A stretch of 60,811 nt of DNA from Candidatus Parcubacteria bacterium (GCA_003599755.1 QZJO01000003.1:1-60811); one strand, 5' to 3'; numbered from the stretch's first letter, positions 7,639 to 17,257 are shown. Program-made: numbers and translations. Notes: generated by a model not told the origin, from the sequence alone.

Positions 7639-9459
7639 ATGCAAAATTTTTCAAAAACTTTCATCTACGCCCTGATCGTGTTCGTGCTGTTGTCCGGCAC
7701 GTATGCATTGTTTCAGGGACAGTTTCCCGAGCGCCGGGATATTTCGTTGTCTGAACTGGCGGCCGGAGTTAACGACGGCCGCATCGAAAAAATCACCATT
7801 GAGGAGGATACGCTGACGATCCTCTATAAAAACGGGGAAGAGGCGGTATCCCGCAAAGAAGTCGAATCGAGTTTGTCTGAGACGCTGGTAAATTACGGCG
7901 TGGATCCGAATAAGCTCCGTGAAGTTACGATCGATGTACAGGCAATGGGCGGCTTTGGCTATTGGGCCGGGCTTGTCTTGCCGCTGTTGGCGCCGATTCT
8001 TTTGATCGCGTTTTTCATCTGGTGGACGGCGCGCCAAGTGCAGCGAGGATCGGTGCAGGCGTTTTCATTCGGACAATCGCGCGCGCGGCTCATTACCCCT
8101 GAAAACACGCGTGAGCGGGTGCTGTTCCGCGACGTCGCCGGCGTCAAAGAGGCGAAGGAGGAACTGCGCGAGATCGTGGATTTTCTCCGCAGTCCCAAGA
8201 AGTTTTTCGATATTGGCGCGCGGATTCCCCGCGGCGTGCTCTTGATGGGCGCGCCGGGAACCGGCAAGACGCTTCTTGCGCGCGCGGTGGCAGGGGAGGC
8301 CAACGTGCCGTTCTTCCACATTTCGGGCTCTGAATTCGTCGAGATGTTCGTGGGCGTGGGCGCTTCGCGCGTGCGGGATCTGTTCAAAGTCGCCAAGAAA
8401 TCCGCGCCGGCGATCATCTTTATCGATGAGATCGACGCGGTTGGTCGCCATCGCGGCGCGGGCCTCGGCGGGGGACACGACGAGCGCGAACAGACGCTCA
8501 ACCAGATCCTCGTGGAAATGGACGGCTTTGAAACCAATGAATCGGTCATCATCATGGCCGCGACCAACCGTCCCGATGTGCTGGATCCGGCGCTCTTGCG
8601 GCCGGGCCGCTTCGATCGGCGCGTCGTGATCGACCTTCCGGACATCAATGACCGCGAGGAGATTTTGAAAATCCACGCGAAGAACAAGGCAATGGAGCGG
8701 GACGTGAACGTCCGCACGGTCGCGGAGCGCACGCCGGGATTCTCCGGCGCGGATTTGGCCAACGTGGTGAATGAAGCCGCGATTCTGGCTGCTCGCCAGG
8801 GCCGTAAGACCATCAATCAGCTGGATCTTGTTTCGTCCATTGAAAAAGTAATGCTCGGCCCGGAGCGCAAGAGCCATATCCTGACGCCCAAAGAAAAGGA
8901 AGTCGTCGCGTATCACGAAGCGGGTCATGCGCTCGTCGCCGCGTCGCTCGAACACACCGATCCGGTGCATAAAATATCCATCGTGGCGCGCGGCAAGGCC
9001 GGCGGGCACACATGGAAATTGCCGTCCGAAGACCGGCATTTATTCTCGCGCTCGTATTTCCTTGACGAGATCGCCGTGGCCATGGGCGGGTATGCCGCGG
9101 AAAAATCCGTGTTCGACGAAATCACGACCGGGCCACACAGCGACCTGGAACACGCGACGACGCTCGCGCGGGATCTGGTCATGCGCTACGGCATGTCCGA
9201 CAAGCTTGGGCCGGTGGTATTCGGCGATCGGCAAGAAATGGTGTTTCTCGGCCGGGATCTGGGTACCGAACGGAACTACTCCGAAGATATAGCCAAAGCC
9301 ATCGACGCCGAGGTGCGCCATATCCTCGACAGCGGCTTGAAACGCGCGAAGGATGTGTTGCAACGGCGCAGAGCGCAGTTGGAGAAGATTGCCAAGCGCC
9401 TCATCGAGAAAGAGACCATCGAGCGCGACGAATTTGAAGCAATGCTCCAAGCCGCGTAG
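7639..9459 (+). CDS. ftsH: ATP-dependent zinc metalloprotease FtsH
   Basis: Two TMs, Walker [19 protein letters not shown]. Confidence 0.98.
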   Translation: MQNFSKTFIYALIVFVLLSGTYALFQGQFPERRDISLSELAAGVNDGRIEKITIEEDTLTILYKNGEEAVSRKEVESSLSETLVNYGVDPNKLREVTIDVQAMGGFGYWAGLVLPLLAPILLIAFFIWWTARQVQRGSVQAFSFGQSRARLITPENTRERVLFRDVAGVKEAKEELREIVDFLRSPKKFFDIGARIPRGVLLMGAPGTGKTLLARAVAGEANVPFFHISGSEFVEMFVGVGASRVRDLFKVAKKSAPAIIFIDEIDAVGRHRGAGLGGGHDEREQTLNQILVEMDGFETNESVIIMAATNRPDVLDPALLRPGRFDRRVVIDLPDINDREEILKIHAKNKAMERDVNVRTVAERTPGFSGADLANVVNEAAILAARQGRKTINQLDLVSSIEKVMLGPERKSHILTPKEKEVVAYHEAGHALVAASLEHTDPVHKISIVARGKAGGHTWKLPSEDRHLFSRSYFLDEIAVAMGGYAAEKSVFDEITTGPHSDLEHATTLARDLVMRYGMSDKLGPVVFGDRQEMVFLGRDLGTERNYSEDIAKAIDAEVRHILDSGLKRAKDVLQRRRAQLEKIAKRLIEKETIERDEFEAMLQAA

Positions 9460-9466
9460 TGGCTTG

Positions 9467-9638
9467 GAAATTCCAAAATCCGAAGCACCCCGCCCGACCT
9501 CGTATGGGCGAGCCCACCGGGCTATAGCCAGAAAAATTCCAATGACCGAAATTCAAAATTATCAAACGTGTTTTGGCCATTCGATCATTCGGGGCTTGGG
9601 GCGTTGCTTGGGATTTGGAATTTAGTGCTTGGAATTTC
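9467..9638. mobile_element. MITE-like palindromic element, family B, copy 1
   Basis: Terminal IR GAAATTCCAA/TTGGAATTTC; internal AATGACCGAA; resembles 34138 and 51564 elements. Confidence 0.55.
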
Positions 9639-9646
9639 GTCCTGGT

Positions 9647-10012
9647 ATGTCTGACTTTCCGACTCGCGAAACTCCTTGGGGCAAGGAGGTGTTGCTGTGG
9701 GGCGGCCTCGGCGCGCCGGTTACCGTCAAGATTTTGACGGTGAATCCGGGTCAGCGTTTCAGCTTGCAGCGCCATCGGCATCGCATGGAGCACTGGACCG
9801 TGTTATCACCCGAGGGCGGCATCATCCGCATCGGTGACCAAGAGTATCCCGCCGAGCAGGGAAAGGAATTCACGGTGCCGGCCGGCGCGCTGCACCGGAT
9901 GACCGCGCCGCAGGGCGGCGAACTTTCCGTATTGGAAATTGCCACTGGTAAATTCGATCAGGACGATATAGAACGATTGGAGGACGACTACGGGCGCGTA
10001 GCTCAACGGTAG
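9647..10012 (+). CDS. Cupin protein, mannose-6-phosphate isomerase type II C-terminal-like
   Basis: PWG, VKILTVNPGQRFSLQRHRHRMEHW, HRM, DDIERLEDDYGR. Confidence 0.9.
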   Translation: MSDFPTRETPWGKEVLLWGGLGAPVTVKILTVNPGQRFSLQRHRHRMEHWTVLSPEGGIIRIGDQEYPAEQGKEFTVPAGALHRMTAPQGGELSVLEIATGKFDQDDIERLEDDYGRVAQR

Positions 10013-10063
10013 AGCGGTCGCCTTATACGCGACTGGTTCTAGGTTCGAATCCTAGCGCGCCCA
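9992..10063 (+). tRNA. tRNA-Ile(TAT)
   Basis: Cloverleaf GGGCGCG/CGCGCCC-A; arm GTCGC-CTTATAC-GCGAC; GGTTCGAATCC; C4:G69 and A73. Confidence 0.88.
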
Positions 10064-10064
10064 C

Positions 10065-10190
10065 CCGAGCTTATAATCGGCAGCAAGCGAGGAATGAGAA
10101 TTCGTTCTCATTCCGAGTGCGCGAACCGGTTATATCAAGCGAAGCGCAGATATACCTCGGCGGTTCCTGGTTCGAGTCCAGGCGGGCCGG
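10065..10190 (+). pseudogene. Fragmented tRNA-Ile-like remnant interrupted by hairpins
   Basis: CCGA-GCTTATAA-TCGG arm; 10-bp UUCG hairpin 10091-10114; T-arm CCTGG-TTCGAGT-CCAGG 10166-10182; no D-arm. Confidence 0.45.
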
Positions 10191-10210
10191 CCGATGAGGC
10201 GACGAGGAAT

Positions 10211-11821
10211 ATGCCTATGGTGTCTAAATCGTTGTATCTCAAAGCCGGCAAAGCGGCCGACATCCCTTCGGGATCCGGTCGTTTTCTGTACCGGCTGTTC
10301 GAGATCATTCCCGGCGCGCTCGCTTGGATCACGATCATCGGCATTTTTATCGCGAGCAGATTCGCGCCGCTGGGCGCGAGCATTTTCATCATTGCGTTCG
10401 ACATTTATTGGCTCTTCAAAACGATATTCCTCTCGATCCATTTGCGCCTGGGATATGGAAAGATGCGCGAGCATATGCACATCGATTGGCTTGCGAAGCT
10501 CAGCGATTTGCCGGCGCATCGATATGCGAAGGAGATCGGCGTCGAGCGCTGGGATGACGTATGGCACCTTGTCATCCGCCCATTTTATAAAGAACCCTAT
10601 GAAGTATTGCATGCGAGTTTCGCCTCGCTCGTCGAGCAGCGCTATCCGCATGAAAAAATGATCGTGGTCATCGGCGTCGAAGAGCGCGCCGGATCCGAGG
10701 CGCTCGCCATTGCTGAGCGAATCACGGCCGAATTCAAAGGCAAATTTTTCCGCCTCATCGTCGCTGTGCATCCGGCCGATGTGCCGGGGGAATTGGCAGG
10801 AAAGGGCTCGAACGAAACCTATGCGGCGCGGCGCGCCAAGGAAGAAGTCATCGATCCGCTCGGCATCCCGTATGAGCGGATTATGGTCTCATCGCTCGAC
10901 ATTGATACCGTCCTGCCGCCGGACTACTTCGCGATTCTGACATATCACTTCCTGACCGCCGCGAAGCCGCACCGGAGTTCCTATCAGCCGATTCCGGTCT
11001 ATAACAACAATGTGTGGGAGACGCCGGCCTTCGCGCGCGTGGTCGCGGTCTCGGGTACGTTCTGGCAGACCATGCAGCAGGCGCGGCCCGAGCGCCTGGC
11101 GACGTTCTCGTCGCATTCGATGCCGTTCAAGGCCCTCGTCGAGATGGACTTTTGGAACGTGAACATCGTGTCCGAGGATTCGAGGATTTTTTGGAAGTCG
11201 CTCATGTTTTACGACGGCGATTATCGGACCGTACCGCTGTACTATCCGGTCTACCTCGATGCTAATGTCGGACCGAATGTCTGGGCCACGGTGAAGAACG
11301 TCTACAAGCAGCAGCGCCGGTGGGGTTGGGGCGTGGAAAACGTGCCGTACATGCTCTACGGGTTTTTGCAGAACCGCGCGATTCCTCGGCGGCGCAAACT
11401 GTATTACGCGTTCAACCAACTCGACGGATTCTGGTCCTGGGGCACCAACGCCTTCATCATATTTTTTCTCGGGTGGCTGCCCGTGTGGCTCGGCAGCGAG
11501 GCATTCGGTACCACGCCGCTCGCGTACAATCTGCCGCGCTTCACGCGGTGGATCATGACCGCGTCCATGATCGGCATGATCACTTCAGCCATTTATTCGC
11601 TACGCCTCCTGCCGCCGCGGCCGAAGGGCCACCCGTTCCGGAAATACGCCTGGATGGCGCTGCAGTGGTTGCTGTTGCCGGTCACGATCATTTTTTTCGG
11701 CTCGGTCCCCGGCCTAGAAGCGCAAACGCGCCTCATGCTCGGGCGATACATGGGATTTTGGGTAACTCCTAAATTTAGGAGTAGTTCAAAATCGGAAATA
11801 ATACCCGTTCACTCGAAGTGA
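10211..11821 (+). CDS. Membrane GT2-family glycosyltransferase
   Basis: N- and C-terminal TMs, GKGSN, LDID, SEDSR, QQRRW; start trimmed to M40 of the ORF. Confidence 0.85.
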   Translation: MPMVSKSLYLKAGKAADIPSGSGRFLYRLFEIIPGALAWITIIGIFIASRFAPLGASIFIIAFDIYWLFKTIFLSIHLRLGYGKMREHMHIDWLAKLSDLPAHRYAKEIGVERWDDVWHLVIRPFYKEPYEVLHASFASLVEQRYPHEKMIVVIGVEERAGSEALAIAERITAEFKGKFFRLIVAVHPADVPGELAGKGSNETYAARRAKEEVIDPLGIPYERIMVSSLDIDTVLPPDYFAILTYHFLTAAKPHRSSYQPIPVYNNNVWETPAFARVVAVSGTFWQTMQQARPERLATFSSHSMPFKALVEMDFWNVNIVSEDSRIFWKSLMFYDGDYRTVPLYYPVYLDANVGPNVWATVKNVYKQQRRWGWGVENVPYMLYGFLQNRAIPRRRKLYYAFNQLDGFWSWGTNAFIIFFLGWLPVWLGSEAFGTTPLAYNLPRFTRWIMTASMIGMITSAIYSLRLLPPRPKGHPFRKYAWMALQWLLLPVTIIFFGSVPGLEAQTRLMLGRYMGFWVTPKFRSSSKSEIIPVHSK

Positions 11822-13953
11822 TACTGCCGGTCGATTGCTTGCACACGCTCGGCGAGCAACGGCCATGGCGCCAGATCCGCGTCGCGGGCGACGAGCTCCT
11901 GTGCTTCGGCGCGCGCGGCCTCCACCATTTTGATATTTTTCAGCGCCTCCATGCCGACGTCGGATACGCCCCACTGTTTTGAGCCCGAAAGTTCTCCCGC
12001 ACCGCGAAATTGCAGATCGTATTCGGCAAGTTCGAATCCCGTCTTCGCTTTTCGCAGCGCTTCGAGGCGCCGGGTCTCGCCGCCGTTGGTCGTGAACACG
12101 AAACAATACGATTTGCGCGTGCCGCGACCCACGCGGCCGCGGAACTGGTGCAGTTGGGCAAGGCCGAAGCGTTCGCCGCCTTCGATCATCATGATCGAGG
12201 CGTTCGGCACATCCACGCCGACTTCGATCACCGAGGTCGCGACCAGGATATCCAAATCGCCTTTGCGGAATTTTTGCATCACGGATTCTTTTTCAGTCGG
12301 TTTGAGGCGGCCATGCACTAAGCCGATGCGCAGATCGGGGAATACTTCCTCGGACAATTTTTTGTATTCGGCTTTGGCGGATTTTACTTCAGCCCAATCT
12401 AACTTCGCCTGGCTTTGCGGTTTGCCGGATTCCGCGTCGTCATCCGTATTTTTTTCTTCGATCTTCGGGCAGATCACGAATACCTGGCCGCCGCTTTGGA
12501 CTTCGCGGCGGACCAACGCATAGGTCGCATCGCGCTCTGACGGCGCGATGATGCGCGTTTCGATTGGCTCGCGGCCCGGCGGCATCTCATCCAGAACGCT
12601 GAGATCCAAGTCGCCGTACATGGTAAGCGCGAGCGTACGGGGAATAGGCGTCGCGCTCATGGAAAGAAAGTGGGGCTGCACGCCCTTGGTTGCTTTCTGC
12701 CGCTGTCGCACGCCGAAGCGGTGCTGTTCATCGACGACCGCAAAACCAAGCTTTTTGAATTGCACTTTTTCTTCGATGAGCGCATGTGTGCCAATGAGAA
12801 TCTGGATTTCGCCATCGCGGCACCAGCGGATCATCTGACTTTTCGAAATATGCGTGGCGTCGCGCGGGTTAACTTTTGAAGGAAATTTCTTGGCTTCCGC
12901 GCCGGTCAGAAGGCCGATGCGGATTTTGAACGGCGCGAGGCGTTTGATAAATTCGGCGAAGTGCTGGCGGCTGAGGATTTCGGTCGGCGCAAGATACGCG
13001 ACCTGATAGCCAGCCGCGACTGCGTTGAGCGCGGCAGCTGCGGCGACTAATGTTTTGCCTGATCCGACATCGCCTTCGAGCAGGCGCGCCATGGGGTGTC
13101 GGCGTTCGAAGTCCTTGAGTATGTCTCCGATGGCGCGCTCTTGCGCGCCGGTTAGCGGAAAGGGGAGCGTGCCCAAAAAACGTTTGAGGAGTTCGGTATC
13201 GGTTGGGATGCGGAATGACGGTTCTTTCTCGCGGCGTAAGCGCTCGCGCTGGCGCGAGAGCTGAATGAGAAAAATTTCTTCGAATGAAAACCGTTTGCGC
13301 GCGCCTTCGGCCTCGCCCAAGGTCTTGGGCTGATGAATCGCGCCAAGCGCTCTGGCGAGCGCGGGCAGGTGGTATTTTTGGAGAATTTCGGGCGGAATGG
13401 GATCGGCCAGCGCGCCGATCTCAGACAAAAGTTTCGCAATCGCGTGGCGCAGCCAGCGCGACGTGATGCCGTAACTTTCCGGATATACGGCCAGATACGG
13501 CAGCGCGGCGGTCGTGATTGTCTCGTCATCGGCGAGCGGCTCGTATTCGGGGTTTTGTAGCACGAGCAGGGTTTTGCGCCTGCCCACTTTGCCGGAGAAT
13601 CGGGCGCGCGTGCCGGGCCTGAGCATGTTTGCGACATAGGGCTGGCGGAACCAGACGACATCGAGCGCGCCGGTTTCATCCTGCAGCACGCCTTCGGCCA
13701 TATTCATTTTGCTTTTCCAGGCCTTGCGCGCCTGCAGGCCCACGACCGTCGCGATGATGGAAGCGGTCTCGCCTTCGCGAAGATCCTTGATACGCTTCAG
13801 CCCACCGAGCGATTCGTAGCGTGATGGGAAATGGAATAGAATATCGCGCGCGGTGCGGATGCCGAGTTTGGCGAGTGCCGAGCGCTGCCGCGGCGTGACG
13901 CGGAATACTTGTTCGACGGCTGTTTCCAGGTTTACTGCGGCAAGGGTCGGCAT
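11809..13953 (-). CDS. recG: ATP-dependent DNA helicase RecG
   Basis: GDVGSGKT, VDEQHRFG, MSATPIPRT, QFRGRVGRG; start at ATG 13953. Confidence 0.97.
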   Translation of the reverse strand: MPTLAAVNLETAVEQVFRVTPRQRSALAKLGIRTARDILFHFPSRYESLGGLKRIKDLREGETASIIATVVGLQARKAWKSKMNMAEGVLQDETGALDVVWFRQPYVANMLRPGTRARFSGKVGRRKTLLVLQNPEYEPLADDETITTAALPYLAVYPESYGITSRWLRHAIAKLLSEIGALADPIPPEILQKYHLPALARALGAIHQPKTLGEAEGARKRFSFEEIFLIQLSRQRERLRREKEPSFRIPTDTELLKRFLGTLPFPLTGAQERAIGDILKDFERRHPMARLLEGDVGSGKTLVAAAAALNAVAAGYQVAYLAPTEILSRQHFAEFIKRLAPFKIRIGLLTGAEAKKFPSKVNPRDATHISKSQMIRWCRDGEIQILIGTHALIEEKVQFKKLGFAVVDEQHRFGVRQRQKATKGVQPHFLSMSATPIPRTLALTMYGDLDLSVLDEMPPGREPIETRIIAPSERDATYALVRREVQSGGQVFVICPKIEEKNTDDDAESGKPQSQAKLDWAEVKSAKAEYKKLSEEVFPDLRIGLVHGRLKPTEKESVMQKFRKGDLDILVATSVIEVGVDVPNASIMMIEGGERFGLAQLHQFRGRVGRGTRKSYCFVFTTNGGETRRLEALRKAKTGFELAEYDLQFRGAGELSGSKQWGVSDVGMEALKNIKMVEAARAEAQELVARDADLAPWPLLAERVQAIDRQYHFE

Positions 13954-14044
13954 GCGTCGGTGGTCAGCTTGAGTATATACTATACAGCGGTGGCGGCTGG
14001 CGTTCGCAGGGGCGCAACGGCTTAGCCAAGAACAGGAGTGTAGC

Positions 14045-14365
14045 ATGGAATGGGGTGTTGTCTGCGCGATATGCGGCAGACGATTTCTTCAAGGAGACCA
14101 AGCGGTATTTGAGGGATCATCGTTCGTGCATCAGGCCTGCTTCGGGCCCGTGCAGCGGGCGTTTACGGTCCTTCGCGTACTGCGCGAGATCGCGGGCGGC
14201 GCGGGCATCTGCTATGCGTGCCTCGCGTTGCGACTTCCGTCCTGGGAAGACGGTGAGTTGCAGCGTGCGGTGTTCTGGCTTCGCGGGCAAGGCAGGATCA
14301 GCGTGCATACGGAGCACTGTCCGGTATGCGCAAAGCGCCGCTCGCTTGTCGCCGCGAGGCCGTGA
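14045..14365 (+). CDS. Small Cys-rich hypothetical protein with two putative Zn sites
   Basis: CAIC..HQAC and CYAC..CPVC; AGGAG upstream. Confidence 0.55.
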   Translation: MEWGVVCAICGRRFLQGDQAVFEGSSFVHQACFGPVQRAFTVLRVLREIAGGAGICYACLALRLPSWEDGELQRAVFWLRGQGRISVHTEHCPVCAKRRSLVAARP

Positions 14366-14585
14366 TGCGGACAGCGATATGTCCGCATATAAAAACCGCC
14401 GGAGCAGTCCTTTGGTCTTGAGAAGACCGTCGGCGCCCGGCGGTTCGATTTTCAAAAATATCGCGCCGTGCCTCCGCAGTTGTTTGGCCAGTTGGCGTAT
14501 CTGCGATTATGGTCTATGCGGGGAGTTCCGCGCGGCGTAAGCAGGACGGCGACAAAACGAGGCCGCAGCACTGGCTCCGTCGTTT

Positions 14586-15722
14586 TTATGTAAGATCTGA
14601 ATCGGAACGCTGCGGTTCGTGCGATGCAGCCGCCGCGCCGGGATTTGTTCGCACGAGAAATAGCGTGGCCGTTACCGTAGAGATCGGCACGGCAAGCACC
14701 GCGCCGATGCTGCCGACAATCATGCGGATGATCTCGGCAGTGAACGGTTCGCGATTGATAGTGACGAGCAATGGCGCCTCGGATTGGTAGAGCAACAAGA
14801 GGAGCGGAAGTGCCGCGCCGACGTAGACGAGGGCGAGCGTGTTGATGAGCGCGGCGACGTGTTCGCGGCCGATTTTGATGGCCCGCGCGTAGATTTCCCG
14901 GCGTGTGAGCGCGGGATTCGCGCGGTGCAATTCCTCGACTGCCGAGGCCTGGGTGATGGCGATATCGTCAAGTACGCCGAGCACGCCGATGAGAATGGCG
15001 GCAAGAAACAGCCCCGAAAAATCCAAGCGACCCTGTGTATTGAAATTGAGATATACCGAATATTCCTCCGTGAATCCGGACATGTTGACCGACGCGACGG
15101 CGATCTGGGCCAGTACGACCGTGATGAGGACGGCAGAGAGTGTGCCGATAAGCGTCGCGACCGACTTGCGATTGATGCCATACGTGACGAAGATCGCCGC
15201 GGTCAGGATTGCAGCCGCAACGCCGGCACTCGTCCACAGGGGCGAGGCGCCGTCGAGCAGTTGCGGGAAGAGCACGAAAAATATGAGCGCGATGCCGCCG
15301 CCGAGCGCGGCAAGGGAGCGCACGCCTTGTCCGCGGCCGAACACGGCGACGACGGCAATGAAGAGCAGAAGGAATCCGAGGAGCGCAAGCCGGCGGTCCG
15401 GTTCGCCGACCGAATAGAGTTCCTCGCCGTTGACGGTGACGATGTAATCGAGAAAGAATCGATCGCCGACGCCGAGCTTCGCGTAGTCATTGCCGACGGT
15501 AATGATCTCGCCTCGCTTCGGGCCTTCCAATAGCTCAACGCGCAGGGTCTGGAAGTGCGTGCGCGTGCTCGTGCCGGGAATGAGCCGCTCCTCTTCCCGG
15601 ACGACTTCAACGACGCGCGCCCGCCACGTGGTCTCGGAGGCCTCGGGGAGCTCCTGGGCAGTGGTGCTGAGCGGTCCGCCGATCGCGAGGAGCAGTGCGC
15701 CGATAAGCAATACGGTTCGCAT
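14586..15722 (-). CDS. YibE/F-family multi-pass membrane protein
   Basis: GVLDDIAITQAS, GREHVAALINTL, FTAEIIRMIVGSIG; multiple TMs. Confidence 0.9.
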   Translation of the reverse strand: MRTVLLIGALLLAIGGPLSTTAQELPEASETTWRARVVEVVREEERLIPGTSTRTHFQTLRVELLEGPKRGEIITVGNDYAKLGVGDRFFLDYIVTVNGEELYSVGEPDRRLALLGFLLLFIAVVAVFGRGQGVRSLAALGGGIALIFFVLFPQLLDGASPLWTSAGVAAAILTAAIFVTYGINRKSVATLIGTLSAVLITVVLAQIAVASVNMSGFTEEYSVYLNFNTQGRLDFSGLFLAAILIGVLGVLDDIAITQASAVEELHRANPALTRREIYARAIKIGREHVAALINTLALVYVGAALPLLLLLYQSEAPLLVTINREPFTAEIIRMIVGSIGAVLAVPISTVTATLFLVRTNPGAAAASHEPQRSDSDLT

Positions 15723-15791
15723 GTTCGTAAGTGTAGCATGGCAGCTATTGCCGCCCGCGCATGAGTATGCAATACTGAGGAAAATCGAATA

Positions 15792-15959
15792 GGACATCAA
15801 GAGTGCGGAGATTTACCCGCCTAAATTTCGAAAGAAATTTGGAAGGGTGAAAGGGAATTGGCCCAATGCTCCGCCCGCAACTTGCCCCGGCATTGAGGAA
15901 GCCCCTCGACAAGCTCGGGGTAAAGTGCGAAATCCAACCCTGCAAGGGGGAAGATGTGC
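15792..15959 (+). ncRNA. SAM-I (S-box) riboswitch aptamer, variant with insertions
   Basis: P1 ACATC/GATGT; ATCAAGAG 15796; AGGGAATTGGCCC 15852; GCAACT 15877 / AGTGC 15924; GAAATCC; P4 CCCT-GCAA-GGGG; AAGATG. Confidence 0.8.
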
Positions 15960-15974
15960 ACGAAAGAACACGGC

Positions 15975-16006
15975 ACCGCCTTTGCAGGGCGGTTGTTTTG
16001 TTCTTT
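15975..16006 (+). terminator. Riboswitch expression-platform terminator
   Basis: ACCGCC/GGCGGT stem then TGTTTTGTTCTTT; CCTTTGCAGGG can alternatively pair with the P4 region CCCTGCAAGG. Confidence 0.7.
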
Positions 16007-16023
16007 GAAAGGAGGAGGTAGCG

Positions 16024-16584
16024 ATGGAAGAGCGAATCTACTACCGCGTAGAGAAGGGGAACATTCGATTTGAGTTTGATAGGGATGAGCATGTTCCGAG
16101 CAGACGGCATCCACGCACGTATCGGCACTATCATGTTTCCGGAATCGTGCCTTCCGCCGTAGTTCGTCAAGGGGAGCCCGCCGTTCGGCGTTATGCCGAA
16201 CGGTTCGTACAGCGAGAAATCGGTCGCCAGAAAGCGGCGGATCGCCGATACGATGAGCGGCTCAAAACACTGGACATCCCCATCGTGGTCATGCACGGAA
16301 GCGTGCGACTGGTCGGCCGTGTTCGTTGGTCCGAGACCGAGGATTCCTTCGTTTTGCTGCTGGAAAAACCCGTGCAACGCGAGATCGTTTGGTCGTACGG
16401 CCGAGGATTCGGCGCTGCCATGGCCGGGAAACGGGTGCTTGAGAGATGGAACCTTACCGCAAATGCGCGGCGGGCTGCGGAAGCGGAACTGATCCTCGCC
16501 TTCGAGCAGCAGCGCCCCAACAGCCCTCATAATCTCGTCGAGCGTCTCAATCGCAACGCCGCACCCGAGAAGGAGAAGCAATGA
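16024..16584 (+). CDS. Hypothetical protein, first gene after the SAM-I riboswitch
   Basis: AAGGAGGAGG SD; 186 aa; no motif recognised. Confidence 0.75.
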   Translation: MEERIYYRVEKGNIRFEFDRDEHVPSRRHPRTYRHYHVSGIVPSAVVRQGEPAVRRYAERFVQREIGRQKAADRRYDERLKTLDIPIVVMHGSVRLVGRVRWSETEDSFVLLLEKPVQREIVWSYGRGFGAAMAGKRVLERWNLTANARRAAEAELILAFEQQRPNSPHNLVERLNRNAAPEKEKQ

Positions 16585-17195
16585 TGCTTGAGATCAAGTT
16601 CCCGGACGAGAAAAACCGTTCGCGCGCAGCCATGGTTTTGCGCCTTGCCGCGCATGAGGTTGTGCTGGGACAGCGGTGGGAGCGGCTGCAGGTGACCGAC
16701 CAGATGCTTCCGGTACTCGCGCTGCACGACATTCGGTACGAGATCGTGAGCGAGCAGGAGCTCGCCGACGAGGCCGCGGAGTACGAGCGGCTGATCAGCG
16801 GCGCGGTGCTCTTCGATCTTCGGGAGCACGCCTACCCGAGCCGCCGCGGCGATTCGTTCCGGAGTTTGCAGGTGTTCGAGTGCTGGGTGTGCCGTGCTCA
16901 GACAAATCGGGTAGTGATGGGCGGATGGCCCGGACTCGGCGTTCGTGCTCCTTGCCCGAACGCGATCGAATGCTGGCACCATGAGCTGGAGAGCACGATC
17001 AACTGGTCGCGGCGGCCGCATCCGGAATCCGTCAAGCGCGAGTTGGAGCATGAAATCGCGGCGTTGCGCGCCTTTCATGCCGCCGATATCAAAAACGATA
17101 TCGCGGGCACGCCGGACTTCGCGCTGAAGCGCAGCGTCACCAATACGATGGGCCATAAGCGGGGCTGTGGCTGTACGCATTGGCTGCGTTGGTGA
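16581..17195 (+). CDS. Hypothetical Cys/His-rich protein, possible metal binder
   Basis: ATGA coupling; CWVC, CPNAIECWHH, HKRGCGCTH. Confidence 0.75.
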   Translation: MMLEIKFPDEKNRSRAAMVLRLAAHEVVLGQRWERLQVTDQMLPVLALHDIRYEIVSEQELADEAAEYERLISGAVLFDLREHAYPSRRGDSFRSLQVFECWVCRAQTNRVVMGGWPGLGVRAPCPNAIECWHHELESTINWSRRPHPESVKRELEHEIAALRAFHAADIKNDIAGTPDFALKRSVTNTMGHKRGCGCTHWLRW

Positions 17196-17202
17196 ATGCA
17201 AT

Positions 17203-17233
17203 AACCGGGAGCGACGAGATGTCGCTCCCGGTT
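17203..17233. terminator. Bidirectional terminator between convergent genes
   Basis: 13-bp stem AACCGGGAGCGAC/GTCGCTCCCGGTT. Confidence 0.7.
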
Positions 17234-17257
17234 TATCAGTTGATTCTTTATAGTCCA

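Noticed and set aside
10094-10210. N-terminal extension of the GT2 ORF
   Set aside because: It translates hairpin repeats and the tRNA remnant; start moved to 10211
14394-14446. Riboswitch-like nested hairpin
   Set aside because: Lies between convergent 3' ends and matches no aptamer I recognise; probably a terminator
15745-16581. 278-aa minus-strand ORF; also a cobalamin-riboswitch reading of the leader
   Set aside because: The ORF is antisense to the riboswitch and a real gene; AGGGAA and GCAAC fit the complete SAM-I motif order better
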